Source: Promethearchaeota archaeon (lineage in GTDB: Archaea > Asgardarchaeota > Lokiarchaeia > Sigyniarchaeales > SOKP01). From it: a stretch of DNA of 64,000 nt. Numbering within the stretch: the first letter of the stretch is position 1; the number at the start of each line of letters is the position of its first letter. The notes under the pieces were generated by a model that worked only from the letters and a program-made list of their open reading frames with translations, did no database searches and had not been told where the DNA came from. Of this stretch, positions 52,129 to 62,530 are shown piece after piece. Position numbers and translations under genes: made by a program. The DNA lies in assembly GCA_019057865.1 (NCBI GenBank), contig JAHLWP010000001.1, positions 96,001 to 160,000 of the forward strand, written 5' to 3'.

Positions 52129-53472
52129 ATGCTAGTTAAAAAAAATAACTCAAAGATAATAAGCCCAATGATATCAAGGCTTCAAGGTGAAATTAAAGTT
52201 AATAAGAAAGAAGCAGTATTAAAATTCTGGAAAGAGATTGAAAAAATAGGGACACCTATCTTTGAAGAAATTGAAGGAGATGATAAGGATAACCTCATCA
52301 CTCTTCTGGTTAGGGAAGATGAAGAGGTAGAAAATATTATTTGTTATGATATATTTGTAAATGAAGATATAAAAGAGGGGTTACTTGAAAGAATTGAAGA
52401 TACAAACGTATATTTCAAATCATATAAAATTCTCAAAGGTGTGCGAGAAACATATAGTTTAAGCAAAAACGTTCCGCTTGAACCAAAAGATCCTATCGAA
52501 AATTTAGTTAAGTATAAAGATTTGGTTTTTTCAGACCCTTTTAACTCCAAAGAAACCTTATGGTTCTCCTTACCATACCCGTTCTCCACAAAAGGAGAGA
52601 AAATTCGTATCCCATGTAATGTACTTGAATCTCCTGATGCTCTTCCCCAACCTTGGTATGGTGAAAGAACCAATATTGATCATGGTAAAGTAGAAGAATT
52701 TACATCTTACAGTGAAATATTAAATGATAAACGCAATATTTTAGTTTATTCTCCTCCAAATTACAATAAGAATCATTCTCCTTATCATTTTCTTTTATTA
52801 TTTGATGGAATTATCTTTGAAGAATTAGCTAAAGTATCCTCTACTCTTGACAATCTCATTGCGGATGAAAAAATTCCACCTATTATTGCTATTATGGTAC
52901 AAAATTTTATGAATATAGATCTTACTCATAGAGCTAGGGAATTACCTCCTAACCCAAAATTTGTGAAATATATCATTAAAGAATTGTTGCCATGGGGTCA
53001 TGAAAATTTTAATATCACTACAAATCCAATTCAATCTGTTGTTGCTGGAGCTAGTTATGGAGGGATTGCATCTGCATTTATCGCATTTAAACATCCAGAG
53101 ATCTTTGGTAATGTTTTATCCATGTCAGGAGGGTATTTTTGGTATCCAGGATCTGAAATTTGGCTAAAAAGGATTAAAGATTTTAAAAATTTCGAGCACT
53201 GGTGGTCAAAAGAGGATGAAAAAGAGGGAGAATGGCTCGCCCGTCAATTTGCTCAAAGCGAAAGATTACCCTTAAAATTTTATCTTGATGTAGGCATACT
53301 TGAGGAAACCGATCCTACACAATTGTTTATTTCAAACCGTCATTTTCGTACTGTTTTACAAGCTAAAGAATATCCCATTCATTATGTGGAATTTCTAGGC
53401 GGTCATGATTTTGTTTGTTGGCGAGGTTCAATCGCGGATGGGCTCATTTACCTTATAGGAAAAAAGAAATAA
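52129..53472 (+). CDS. Enterochelin esterase (Fes)-like alpha/beta hydrolase
   Basis: DPFN, LLFDG, GASYGG nucleophile elbow, DVGILE, GGHDFVCWR. Confidence 0.85.
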   Translation: MLVKKNNSKIISPMISRLQGEIKVNKKEAVLKFWKEIEKIGTPIFEEIEGDDKDNLITLLVREDEEVENIICYDIFVNEDIKEGLLERIEDTNVYFKSYKILKGVRETYSLSKNVPLEPKDPIENLVKYKDLVFSDPFNSKETLWFSLPYPFSTKGEKIRIPCNVLESPDALPQPWYGERTNIDHGKVEEFTSYSEILNDKRNILVYSPPNYNKNHSPYHFLLLFDGIIFEELAKVSSTLDNLIADEKIPPIIAIMVQNFMNIDLTHRARELPPNPKFVKYIIKELLPWGHENFNITTNPIQSVVAGASYGGIASAFIAFKHPEIFGNVLSMSGGYFWYPGSEIWLKRIKDFKNFEHWWSKEDEKEGEWLARQFAQSERLPLKFYLDVGILEETDPTQLFISNRHFRTVLQAKEYPIHYVEFLGGHDFVCWRGSIADGLIYLIGKKK

Positions 53473-53560
53473 TAAGAAAAAATTAATACTTTAAAACGAC
53501 TGCATAAATACACGAAGAGAAAAACTCTTATATAATTAAAAAAAAGGAAAAAGAAAAAAA

Positions 53561-54067
53561 TTATTGAACTTCAATTTGCATGAAGTTAGATTTAAATCCT
53601 TTACCACAGTTTATACAGTAAACAAATCCTTTCTCATGTAATTGTTGAGCCATTGCTTGTGAAAATTCATTTCCGCATTCAGTACAAAAAGCTGCGTCAT
53701 GATCGACAAATTGCACAACTTTTTGAGGTTGTAGTTGAGGTACCTGTTGAACTGGTTTCTGCATTACTTCAACTCCTTGTTGTTCCTGTATATTAGCATT
53801 AGGTTTTTCCTTTCCAGAAATGGCATAATATAATGCTTCACAGAGCTTATAAAAGAGAAGCCCTATACCTTTTAAGAGATAATAAATCCCTTTAAGGAGG
53901 TAATATATTAAATAGGCAACTCCTTTTATTACATAATAAGCTATGACTACAGCAAGTGCTAAAACAGCAATAACACCTATTAATACTAAGATTTGACCAT
54001 ATAATGGTTGTACTAAGAACCAATCGACAATCTCTTGCAAAGGGACACCAAAAATATTAACATCCAT
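53561..54067 (-). CDS. Membrane protein with YYLLKGI repeats, Gln/Pro linker and C-terminal Zn ribbon
   Basis: TM segment; IYYLLKGIYYLLKGI; CTECG...CINCG; SD GGAGTGA. Confidence 0.7.
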   Translation of the reverse strand: MDVNIFGVPLQEIVDWFLVQPLYGQILVLIGVIAVLALAVVIAYYVIKGVAYLIYYLLKGIYYLLKGIGLLFYKLCEALYYAISGKEKPNANIQEQQGVEVMQKPVQQVPQLQPQKVVQFVDHDAAFCTECGNEFSQAMAQQLHEKGFVYCINCGKGFKSNFMQIEVQ

Positions 54068-54224
54068 TCTTTATCACTCCATATTTTCAATTTATTTTTA
54101 CTTAATTAGAAAGTGTAAAAAATGAATTAAAAAAAATTCGGAGTCCAATTTTTAGAAATAGTAATCCCAATATCTTTCTAAAAATAAAGTTAAATTATTA
54201 AAAATCTTGATAAATAAGATTATT

Positions 54225-55625
54225 TTAACTAGTAAAATTAGAGGTTAAATGCTGATTAAATTCATACATCATTTTAAAAGCTTTAATTGCATGTTTTATA
54301 CGTGTCATAATTGGAATTTTTATTTCTGATTGGGGAGAAAGCGCTGTTTTTTTAAGAAATTCAAATGTCCATCGAGAACCAAAGCACACACAAATTATTG
54401 GTTTATTATACTCCTTAGAAAGTTGTTTCATGTGATCAAAAAATAGTGCTGCTGAAATATTGAACATTTGTAGTGGCCAACGAGGTACTGAAAATATGAA
54501 CAGAACACTATGTACGTTTTCATCTTTAAAAACAGCATTAAGTGAAGGTATCAAAGTCTGAAATAAAGAAGGTCCTAAATCAATTGTGGCATTTATCGAA
54601 ACCCAGTTTGGGATCACTTTTTTAATTTGATTAATAGTATCTTTACTTAAATTTGCTAAAGTTAAGCCCTGTTTTTCAATCTCATCACAGGCTAAAGCTC
54701 CCAGACTTCCTGAACCTGTGATTATAGCGACATTTTTTCCTTTCGGTAGTGGTTGTGTGGCAAAAACTTGAGCAATATTGAACATTTCATAAAAATTGCT
54801 AACTCGAAAAACTGTTGGAAATTGTTTAAAAATTCCATCATATATTTGATCATTTCCAGCCAAAGAACCAGTATGACTTTTAACGGCATTTGAGCCTATT
54901 TCACTTCTCCCATTTTTTAGAATTAAAATCGGTTTTTCTGACTTTTTAAGAGTATTCATTAGAGCTTTACCTCGTTTTGTGCCTTCAAGATAAAGTGTGA
55001 TGACTTTAGTTTCAGGGTCTTCATTTAGATATTCTAACATATCAACTTCATCAACATCAACTTTATTTCCAATCGTAATTGCTTTAGACAAACCAATTCC
55101 TTGATCAGTTGCCCAATCAATAAAAATGTTTCCTAATACTCCCGATTGTGCCACAATAGATACGCTACCTTTTATTGCTTGGTCAAATGCCATATCAGCA
55201 GTCGTAAATTCATTATAGAAATTTGTAACTCCTATACAATTTGGTCCTATAACTCTAATTTGTGATTCTTTTGCTAATTTTGTTATTTCATTTTGTATAG
55301 TAATATATTTTTCTATTCCTGTCTCAGCAAACCCTGCAGATTCTATAATTATCCCTTTAACTCCTTTTTCTATGCAATCTTTTACAGATTCTAAGACATA
55401 ATCATTTCCTATTAATATAATTGCTAGATCTATCTCATCAGGAATATCTTTAATATTCTTATAAGCTTTATGCCCGAGAATTTCATCTTTTTTTATATTG
55501 ACTGGATATGTCTTGAATTTTGAGTTTAATAAATAATTTGTAGTTGCATAGCCAAATCTAAATTGATCTGAAGCTCCAATTATCGCTACTGTTTTAGGTT
55601 CAAAAAAAACGTTAAGTTCTTTCAT
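54225..55625 (-). CDS. NDP-forming acyl-CoA synthetase alpha subunit
   Basis: FFEPKTVAIIGAS, ESAGFAE, IGPNCIG, AQSG, SHTGSLAG (phospho-His). Confidence 0.9.
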   Translation of the reverse strand: MKELNVFFEPKTVAIIGASDQFRFGYATTNYLLNSKFKTYPVNIKKDEILGHKAYKNIKDIPDEIDLAIILIGNDYVLESVKDCIEKGVKGIIIESAGFAETGIEKYITIQNEITKLAKESQIRVIGPNCIGVTNFYNEFTTADMAFDQAIKGSVSIVAQSGVLGNIFIDWATDQGIGLSKAITIGNKVDVDEVDMLEYLNEDPETKVITLYLEGTKRGKALMNTLKKSEKPILILKNGRSEIGSNAVKSHTGSLAGNDQIYDGIFKQFPTVFRVSNFYEMFNIAQVFATQPLPKGKNVAIITGSGSLGALACDEIEKQGLTLANLSKDTINQIKKVIPNWVSINATIDLGPSLFQTLIPSLNAVFKDENVHSVLFIFSVPRWPLQMFNISAALFFDHMKQLSKEYNKPIICVCFGSRWTFEFLKKTALSPQSEIKIPIMTRIKHAIKAFKMMYEFNQHLTSNFTS

Positions 55626-55912
55626 ATTAATGTTTGGTTGATGATATTAAATAAAAAAAAGATACATAATAACATTGTTCATTGAAATTAAAGATTAAGA
55701 TTATTTAATCAGAATAGAATAATAAATTCTAAAGAAATATGATAAGTAAAAGATTATGAAATTTTGTCAGTTTTGAGAATAAATTTTTAATATGAAGATC
55801 TTATTAATTTTTAATATAAATGAAAATTTTACTTTTAAAGGCAAATTCGTTATATTAATTTGATTTATTTAATCTAAACAATTATAGAACAAATCCTTAA
55901 AATCCTTATATA

Positions 55913-57067
55913 ATGTATTTAGGCGGATTAGTTAGAAAAGAATTTGGTAGAATTAGATCAGATAAAAGGACATTATTTTTGTTGTTTGTAATTCCTATAA
56001 TATTAATTGTTGTATTTGGTCTAACTACCGGAGTAGGCCTTACAAAATTTTTTACATCTGCTATTATAACCTGTGATGATATGCCAACATATGACGATTT
56101 TCCTAATAATTCCTCTAAATATGATGATACTTTTATATCGATAATGCAATATAATACCTCATCTTGGGACCTTTATAGATATTATAATGCAACCAATTCA
56201 GAAGAATATGATAATGCATATCATAATTGTTATAACTTCCTAAAAAATGGCGATATAGACATAATTATAATTCTACCAGCAAATTTTTCAGAATCAGTTG
56301 AAAATAAAATTAATCCAGTTCTAATTTATTATATTGATGGATCTGATCTCGCAGCAATAATTGCAATTGAAGTTGCCATTCAAGAACCTATTGCTTTATT
56401 TAGGGCAGAAACAGATATGATTGCCAACTTTACGATTATGGTGCCCTATCTAGAATTTGATGTTCCATTTTGGGAATCAGCAATTTTAAATTACGCAATC
56501 CCAATAATTTTACCCATTATAATTCTTGGAACTACCATGAACTTAACCTCGCTCTCAATTGTTGCTGAGGGTCCACTTCCACGAATGCTTGTAACTCCAA
56601 CAGCTAAGAGAGAGATAATCCTGAGTAAATTAATTGCGAATGCGGCTATTATGTTGCTTCAATCAACTGAGATTTTTATTATGATATCATTCTTTGGATT
56701 ATATAGTTTAGGTTCCTTATTTTATTTCTTTTTAGTTCTAATTATGATTGGTTTTTGCGGTATTTGTATTGGGTTATTTATTTCAACTTTAAGCCCAACA
56801 GAGCAAAGTGCAAATCAAATGTACATAATTATGTTTATAGTGATAATTCTTTTTTCTGGAAGTATCCTTCCTTTAAATGCTGATTTGCAAGGGGTACAAA
56901 TTTTTATAAATTTACTCCCGTTATCAAATGCTGTTCCACTGATAACCGATATAACATTAAAAGGATTATTTCCAAATTTAGAAAATCTTTTTTGGCTTAA
57001 TTTAAGTTCTTTGATTTACATTATATTAGCTTATATCATCTACATGTTTAAGAAATTAGAGGTGTAA
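55913..57067 (+). CDS. ABC-2 type permease 1
   Basis: TM1, glycosylatable loop, five further TMs; RMLVTP, FSG..P. Confidence 0.85.
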   Translation: MYLGGLVRKEFGRIRSDKRTLFLLFVIPIILIVVFGLTTGVGLTKFFTSAIITCDDMPTYDDFPNNSSKYDDTFISIMQYNTSSWDLYRYYNATNSEEYDNAYHNCYNFLKNGDIDIIIILPANFSESVENKINPVLIYYIDGSDLAAIIAIEVAIQEPIALFRAETDMIANFTIMVPYLEFDVPFWESAILNYAIPIILPIIILGTTMNLTSLSIVAEGPLPRMLVTPTAKREIILSKLIANAAIMLLQSTEIFIMISFFGLYSLGSLFYFFLVLIMIGFCGICIGLFISTLSPTEQSANQMYIIMFIVIILFSGSILPLNADLQGVQIFINLLPLSNAVPLITDITLKGLFPNLENLFWLNLSSLIYIILAYIIYMFKKLEV

Positions 57068-57068
57068 T

Positions 57069-58304
57069 ATGATGATGTTTAAGAAGAAATCTTTACGATT
57101 AAATTTCAAAAAATTCATTACTGAAATTACAAATTTAAAAATGAGTATTCTTAGAATCGTAAAACAAGTTAAAAAAGAATTTCAACTTTTGTGGGCTGAT
57201 AAATTCAATATAATATTAGCTATAGTGATGCCTCCTTTAATAATAGTTATGTTAGGTTTTACAATGACCGATGATTCAAATCAAATACAATCTATTCCCT
57301 GTATGGTAGTCTCATATGATTCTAATACATTTATTAATGAAAATGATCTTGTAGAGTCAAAATTAGATCACTATGCAATACCCTATTTAAATGCTGTGAA
57401 TAAATCAAATTTACTTGATTTAGTTCGGTTTTATAATGCAACAGAAGAAATTTATGCTATGGAACAAGCAAGAAATGCTTTAATATCTGGATCCATTAAA
57501 GTTATTTTATCATTACCTGTTGGTTTTTCTGAAATGTTAGAATGGGGCTTTCCCGGATTAATCGATTGTATTCTTGATGCCTCAAATATTCTATATATTC
57601 AACAGAGCCTAAATGCTGTTTATGATTCAATTAAAATATTTATAAATGATAATAATCTAACTCCTCAATTTGAGGTCCAGGGATTTGAAGAATTTACTAT
57701 TCCGGAGGGTTATAGCAGTTCATTCAATTCTAGTATAGTTATGGCTCTATCTTTTATGGTTTTTGGTATAGCATTTGTGTTATCTATTTTAGTAATCGTT
57801 CAAGAGAAACCAATCGCACGACTTTTACTTACTCCTCTAAAAAGATCAGAAATTCTAATATCAAAATATATAGCATATATGCTAGTATTATTACTTCAAG
57901 TCGCTTTATTGGTAACTACCAGTTTATCTATGGGCTTATATCTGGCTGGTAGCATATTAGATTTCTTTATAGCATTGTTCATCATTGGATTTTCTGGATT
58001 AGCACTGGGTGTTTTTATTAGCTCACAGAGTAAGACAAAAACACAGGCTAATCAATTATTTCTCGCTTTTTATCTTGTTATAATCTTATTAAGTGGTATA
58101 TTCATTCCTATTGAAAATATGCCTTCCTTTTTACAATTTTTTGCATATATTCTACCTTTATCTCATGGAGATCCTTTGATTAGGGGAATTATTACAAAAG
58201 GTCAGCATATATTTGGAATACATTTCTTTTGGTTATTTATAATTAGTCTAATATTAATAATAATTTCTTTTTTAATCTTCAGAAGAAGAAAATATGAGGT
58301 GTAA
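57069..58304 (+). CDS. ABC-2 type permease 2
   Basis: Paralogous layout; RLLLTP, LSGIFIPIENMP; SD GAGGTG. Confidence 0.85.
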   Translation: MMMFKKKSLRLNFKKFITEITNLKMSILRIVKQVKKEFQLLWADKFNIILAIVMPPLIIVMLGFTMTDDSNQIQSIPCMVVSYDSNTFINENDLVESKLDHYAIPYLNAVNKSNLLDLVRFYNATEEIYAMEQARNALISGSIKVILSLPVGFSEMLEWGFPGLIDCILDASNILYIQQSLNAVYDSIKIFINDNNLTPQFEVQGFEEFTIPEGYSSSFNSSIVMALSFMVFGIAFVLSILVIVQEKPIARLLLTPLKRSEILISKYIAYMLVLLLQVALLVTTSLSMGLYLAGSILDFFIALFIIGFSGLALGVFISSQSKTKTQANQLFLAFYLVIILLSGIFIPIENMPSFLQFFAYILPLSHGDPLIRGIITKGQHIFGIHFFWLFIISLILIIISFLIFRRRKYEV

Positions 58305-58316
58305 AAAATAAATTCA

Positions 58317-59327
58317 TTGAAATCAAAGAAAACAATGGTGAATGTCAACGATTTAAATGTAAAATTTGGTGAAAACCATGTTATTCATGATGTTAACTTT
58401 GATGTAAATCAGGGAGAGATCATTGGATTATTCGGAATCTCAGGAGCAGGAAAGACAACGATAGTTAGAGTATTAACATGTCAAATCGAAAAAAAGCATT
58501 GGACTGGTAATGTGAAGGTAACTGATTTATCTCCAGCAAAGAAAACTAATCATTCATTAATATTAACTAATATTGGTTATGTACCTCAATTAGAATTACT
58601 AAATTTATATTTTGATTTAAGTCCAATTGATAATGTTGAAGTTTTTACTTCTACTTATGGCAAGAATAAAAAAGAAGCAATAAAGATTGCCAAAAGTTTA
58701 TTTAAGATTCTTGATCTCCCTGAAGATACATGGAATAAGCGAGTTAAACACATGAGCGGAGGTGAAAAGAAACGTCTTTCAATGGCAATTGGACTAATTC
58801 ATAGGCCAAGTGTTTTATTCCTTGATGAACCAACTACAGGTGTAGATGCAAGTAAACGATACGATATTCTAACTTACTTAAAAAAATTAAACCAAACATT
58901 GAATACTACTATGTTTATTATAACTCATGATCTTGAAACAGCATTGATATGTGATAAAGCTGCGATTTTAAGGGAAGGAAAATTATTAGAGTTTGATACA
59001 CCTCAAAAGTTAATATCATCATTACCGAGTAAAGGATTAGTCGCAAGATTTACTGTTGAACATTTAAATGAAAAATTAATTGAATATGTAAAAAAATTTT
59101 CAGCAATTAAGACATTATTAAGGGTTGGAAATGAAGAAATTGAAGTTCTAATGGATGATTTTGAGGAAAATCTACCAAAATTAATTCAATATATGATTGA
59201 TAATAATATAAAAATTAATTCAATGAGTAAAGATATTGCTTCTTTTAGGAGATATTTTCAAATGAGGATTCAAGAGGAGGAAGAAAAAGAAAAAAATTTA
59301 AAGACAGTGAAGGTGATTAAAAAATAA
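58317..59327 (+). CDS. ABC transporter ATP-binding protein with C-terminal extension
   Basis: GISGAGKTT, MSGGEKKR, LFLDEP, ITH. Confidence 0.9.
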   Translation: MKSKKTMVNVNDLNVKFGENHVIHDVNFDVNQGEIIGLFGISGAGKTTIVRVLTCQIEKKHWTGNVKVTDLSPAKKTNHSLILTNIGYVPQLELLNLYFDLSPIDNVEVFTSTYGKNKKEAIKIAKSLFKILDLPEDTWNKRVKHMSGGEKKRLSMAIGLIHRPSVLFLDEPTTGVDASKRYDILTYLKKLNQTLNTTMFIITHDLETALICDKAAILREGKLLEFDTPQKLISSLPSKGLVARFTVEHLNEKLIEYVKKFSAIKTLLRVGNEEIEVLMDDFEENLPKLIQYMIDNNIKINSMSKDIASFRRYFQMRIQEEEEKEKNLKTVKVIKK

Positions 59328-59356
59328 TCAATTTAAGTCGTAAAAGCAAGCGAACG

Positions 59357-62300
59357 TTGAAAAATTTATTATTATTGAGCATTCTTGTTGTTGTTACTAG
59401 TATTTCTTTAGTTCTAGTGAATATTCGTTATATTTCATACATAGATGATGATGAGGTTCAATTCATTAAAGACAATGCTGTTTTTTTTACATGGACTCAT
59501 CAAAATGAGCAGGGTTTATTTATCGAACCTAATTTAGATTCAAATTACAGAGCAATTGATTCAATAAATTTTTCTTTTGCTAGTATATTTTCTTCCAATT
59601 TGATAAATCCAAATAATATTTCAAATATATACATAAAACTGTATAAACCTAATATATTTTTTGATTACATATTTGAAAAACAAAACATAGACGGGTCATA
59701 TTCAGATGTAGCTGGACTTGGTAATATGATTTCCACATATCACGCTATAAAAACTCTAGAGATTGCAAATAAATCTTATTTAACTCGTAAAATACAACAA
59801 GGGGAGACAGACAATATTATAAATTATTTAAATGTTTCATCGAAAGATAATGGAGAAGGATTCATGGCATTACCCTTTCTAAATGAATCTGATATAATTT
59901 CTACATCATGTGCTATTGATTTAGCAAATATGCTAAATGCTGATTTTATTATTGATAATGATAACATCTCAAAATTCATCAATTCAACTTGGCTTGCTGG
60001 TAGTTACAAATTAACAGATAGTGTTTTAAGTATAGCAACAGCAGAAACAACGTATTATGGAATCAATGCATTTTTAGGATTGAATATGACATATACTGCT
60101 ATTGACCAAACAGCTATATGGGGATACTTTAATTCACTCTATAACCTCATAGATGGAGGATTTGCAAACATTTTAGGTGGATTTTCCGATGTCCAATCGA
60201 CATATTATGCCCTCTCCTCATTAAAAACACTAGGACTACCAAAACCTACATTTTTTAACGAAACAAAGACTTTATATTATATACTTAATTGTACAAACTC
60301 AGATGGAGGTTTTGGCTTACGTCCAGAGGGTAATTATAATTCAGGCTTTAAATCTGGATGGGCTGCAATAAAAGCAATCAATATTCTCAAACAAGACAAT
60401 TTAACGAATATTTCTGGTATTAATGATGCAATTTTAAGATATTATGATTGGCTGCATTTTTTTCAAGGTAAAAATTCTTTATTTGGTCGCACTACAATTG
60501 AAGCTAATTATTTTGGAGTTTTAGCCCTTTATAGTTATAATCCTAAAATTTTTTATGAATTAATTAATGAAGAAATCATTAATGAGGATATACTAAATAA
60601 TATTATATTATTCGTTAATCAATGTTATAATCAATATAATGGAGGATTTGCATCTAATCCTGGGGAAAATGCGACTCTTTTTGCAACTTATTGCGGATTG
60701 AATATCTATAAAATGCTTTATCCTTTTACTAATGAATGGCTTGATACATCTAAAATTAGAAATATAAGAAGTTATTTAGTTAATCTCCAAAATCCTGATG
60801 GTGGTTTTAGTATAGGTGGAGATGTCGAAATAATTTTATCTATGTTTGGACCATTGTATAAAATTTTCTTGTATTTAATTAATCCAAATATATCAACCGT
60901 TGAAAGCACATATTGGGCTTTAATTTCACTAAATATACTTGGCGGATTAAATGATATCGATTATAATAATCTTACTCATTGGATGAGATCATGTCAAAAT
61001 CCTGATGGTGGATTTTCGCTATATGTTGGATTTTATAGTGATGTAATATCAACATACTATGGACTTGAAGTATTTACTGAATTATTACATTCCGAACCAA
61101 TGTCTAAAATATCCGCAATCGAATTTCTAAAAAATGCACAAACTCCTGATGGTTCTTTTTCAGTTCTACCTGCCCTAGAGAGTTATTTATCCTTCCCATC
61201 AACATTTTTAGTAACTTATATTGGAGCAAAAGCTCTTTATGATTATAGGTTTCAACCAGAAAATATTGAAAATACTTTAAATTGGTTTATTCAATGCATT
61301 AGTTTAAATACTGGAGGAATTGGAGATAATCCTGGATTTGGAGGAGATTTAAGAAATATAGCTTATGGTATTATTATTGTGGATGAATTACAGTATGACC
61401 AGAGTTTTGATTCTAAACCTTGGAGTCAATTATTAACATATATTTTAATAGCAGAAATTGCTGGAATTGGTTTATTCATTTTGTTAAAATTATATCAAAG
61501 ACTTTCAATACCGCAAAGGATAAAATTAACATTGGGAATTGGAGGAAAACTTAACGTATCTTATTTACAAAAGTTTCCAGCCATTAATTGTGAAAACTTA
61601 AGTATTTATGCAGGAGGAAAATTAATTGTTGATTCTGTTTCTATGAATGTAAAACATGGTAAAATATTAGGAATTCTAGGAGAGAGTGGTGCTGGTAAAT
61701 CTACGTTCGTTAAAGGTTTACTTGGTATGAGAAAAATTACAGGATTTTGTCAAATTTATGGAATGGATATGAATAAAAGATCGTCAAGAAGAATTAGACC
61801 TATATATGGTTATGTGCCACAAGATTTAGGAAAAATTTATCATAATTTTACAACTTTGGAGAATTTATTATATTTTGGAAATCGTTATGGTCTTTCAGAA
61901 AAAGAAATCATTAGTAAATCTAAGAGAATTTTGCGTAGCCTAGAAATAGAAGATAAGATGAATGAATTAGTCAAAAACCTTTCTGGTGGGCAAAAAAGAC
62001 GTGTTAGCATTGCAATTGGGCTAATACATTCACCAACGTTTCTTATATTAGATGAGCCTACATCAGGTTTAGACCCAGTAATTAGAGAGAACATATGGTT
62101 AGTTTTAACCAAAATCAATGAGCAATTCAAAACTACATTAGTGGTGATTACTCACTATCCTGAAGAATCCCGATTTTGTAATCTTGTTGCAATATTTGGT
62201 AGAAAACGTGGAATGATAGATTTTGGACAACCAAAAAACCTTTTAGCTAGTTTACCTGGAAAAGGTAGATCAATTGAAATTACTTTTAGGGAGTCAAAAG

Positions 62301-62530
62301 AGAATGTAATTGCTAGACTTGAACTGATTGAAGGTATAGAAAAAGTTTTAGAAAATAAAGCAAACATCAAGTTTTCAATATTTTCTAATCTAAATATAGA
62401 TAAACTGATTGAAAAAATTGAAGTAGAAATGGGTAAGGATTCAATTCAAGAATTAAAACAAAGGGATTCTAAAATGGAACAATATTTTCGTTATAAAGCA
62501 ATGGAGGTGCCTAAAGTTGAAGAACTCTAG
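59357..62530 (+). CDS. Prenyltransferase/squalene-cyclase-repeat ectodomain + TM + ABC ATPase fusion
   Basis: N-terminal hydrophobic segment; repeated QNPDGGF/DGSY...STYY; TM near 61430-61495; GESGAGKS, LSGGQ, LILDEP, ITH. Confidence 0.82.
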   Translation: MKNLLLLSILVVVTSISLVLVNIRYISYIDDDEVQFIKDNAVFFTWTHQNEQGLFIEPNLDSNYRAIDSINFSFASIFSSNLINPNNISNIYIKLYKPNIFFDYIFEKQNIDGSYSDVAGLGNMISTYHAIKTLEIANKSYLTRKIQQGETDNIINYLNVSSKDNGEGFMALPFLNESDIISTSCAIDLANMLNADFIIDNDNISKFINSTWLAGSYKLTDSVLSIATAETTYYGINAFLGLNMTYTAIDQTAIWGYFNSLYNLIDGGFANILGGFSDVQSTYYALSSLKTLGLPKPTFFNETKTLYYILNCTNSDGGFGLRPEGNYNSGFKSGWAAIKAINILKQDNLTNISGINDAILRYYDWLHFFQGKNSLFGRTTIEANYFGVLALYSYNPKIFYELINEEIINEDILNNIILFVNQCYNQYNGGFASNPGENATLFATYCGLNIYKMLYPFTNEWLDTSKIRNIRSYLVNLQNPDGGFSIGGDVEIILSMFGPLYKIFLYLINPNISTVESTYWALISLNILGGLNDIDYNNLTHWMRSCQNPDGGFSLYVGFYSDVISTYYGLEVFTELLHSEPMSKISAIEFLKNAQTPDGSFSVLPALESYLSFPSTFLVTYIGAKALYDYRFQPENIENTLNWFIQCISLNTGGIGDNPGFGGDLRNIAYGIIIVDELQYDQSFDSKPWSQLLTYILIAEIAGIGLFILLKLYQRLSIPQRIKLTLGIGGKLNVSYLQKFPAINCENLSIYAGGKLIVDSVSMNVKHGKILGILGESGAGKSTFVKGLLGMRKITGFCQIYGMDMNKRSSRRIRPIYGYVPQDLGKIYHNFTTLENLLYFGNRYGLSEKEIISKSKRILRSLEIEDKMNELVKNLSGGQKRRVSIAIGLIHSPTFLILDEPTSGLDPVIRENIWLVLTKINEQFKTTLVVITHYPEESRFCNLVAIFGRKRGMIDFGQPKNLLASLPGKGRSIEITFRESKENVIARLELIEGIEKVLENKANIKFSIFSNLNIDKLIEKIEVEMGKDSIQELKQRDSKMEQYFRYKAMEVPKVEEL

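Noticed and set aside
52560-52610. TTCTCC/GGAGAG hairpin in the esterase gene as a BHB candidate
   Set aside because: Flanks do not form the central helix and the ORF is uninterrupted.
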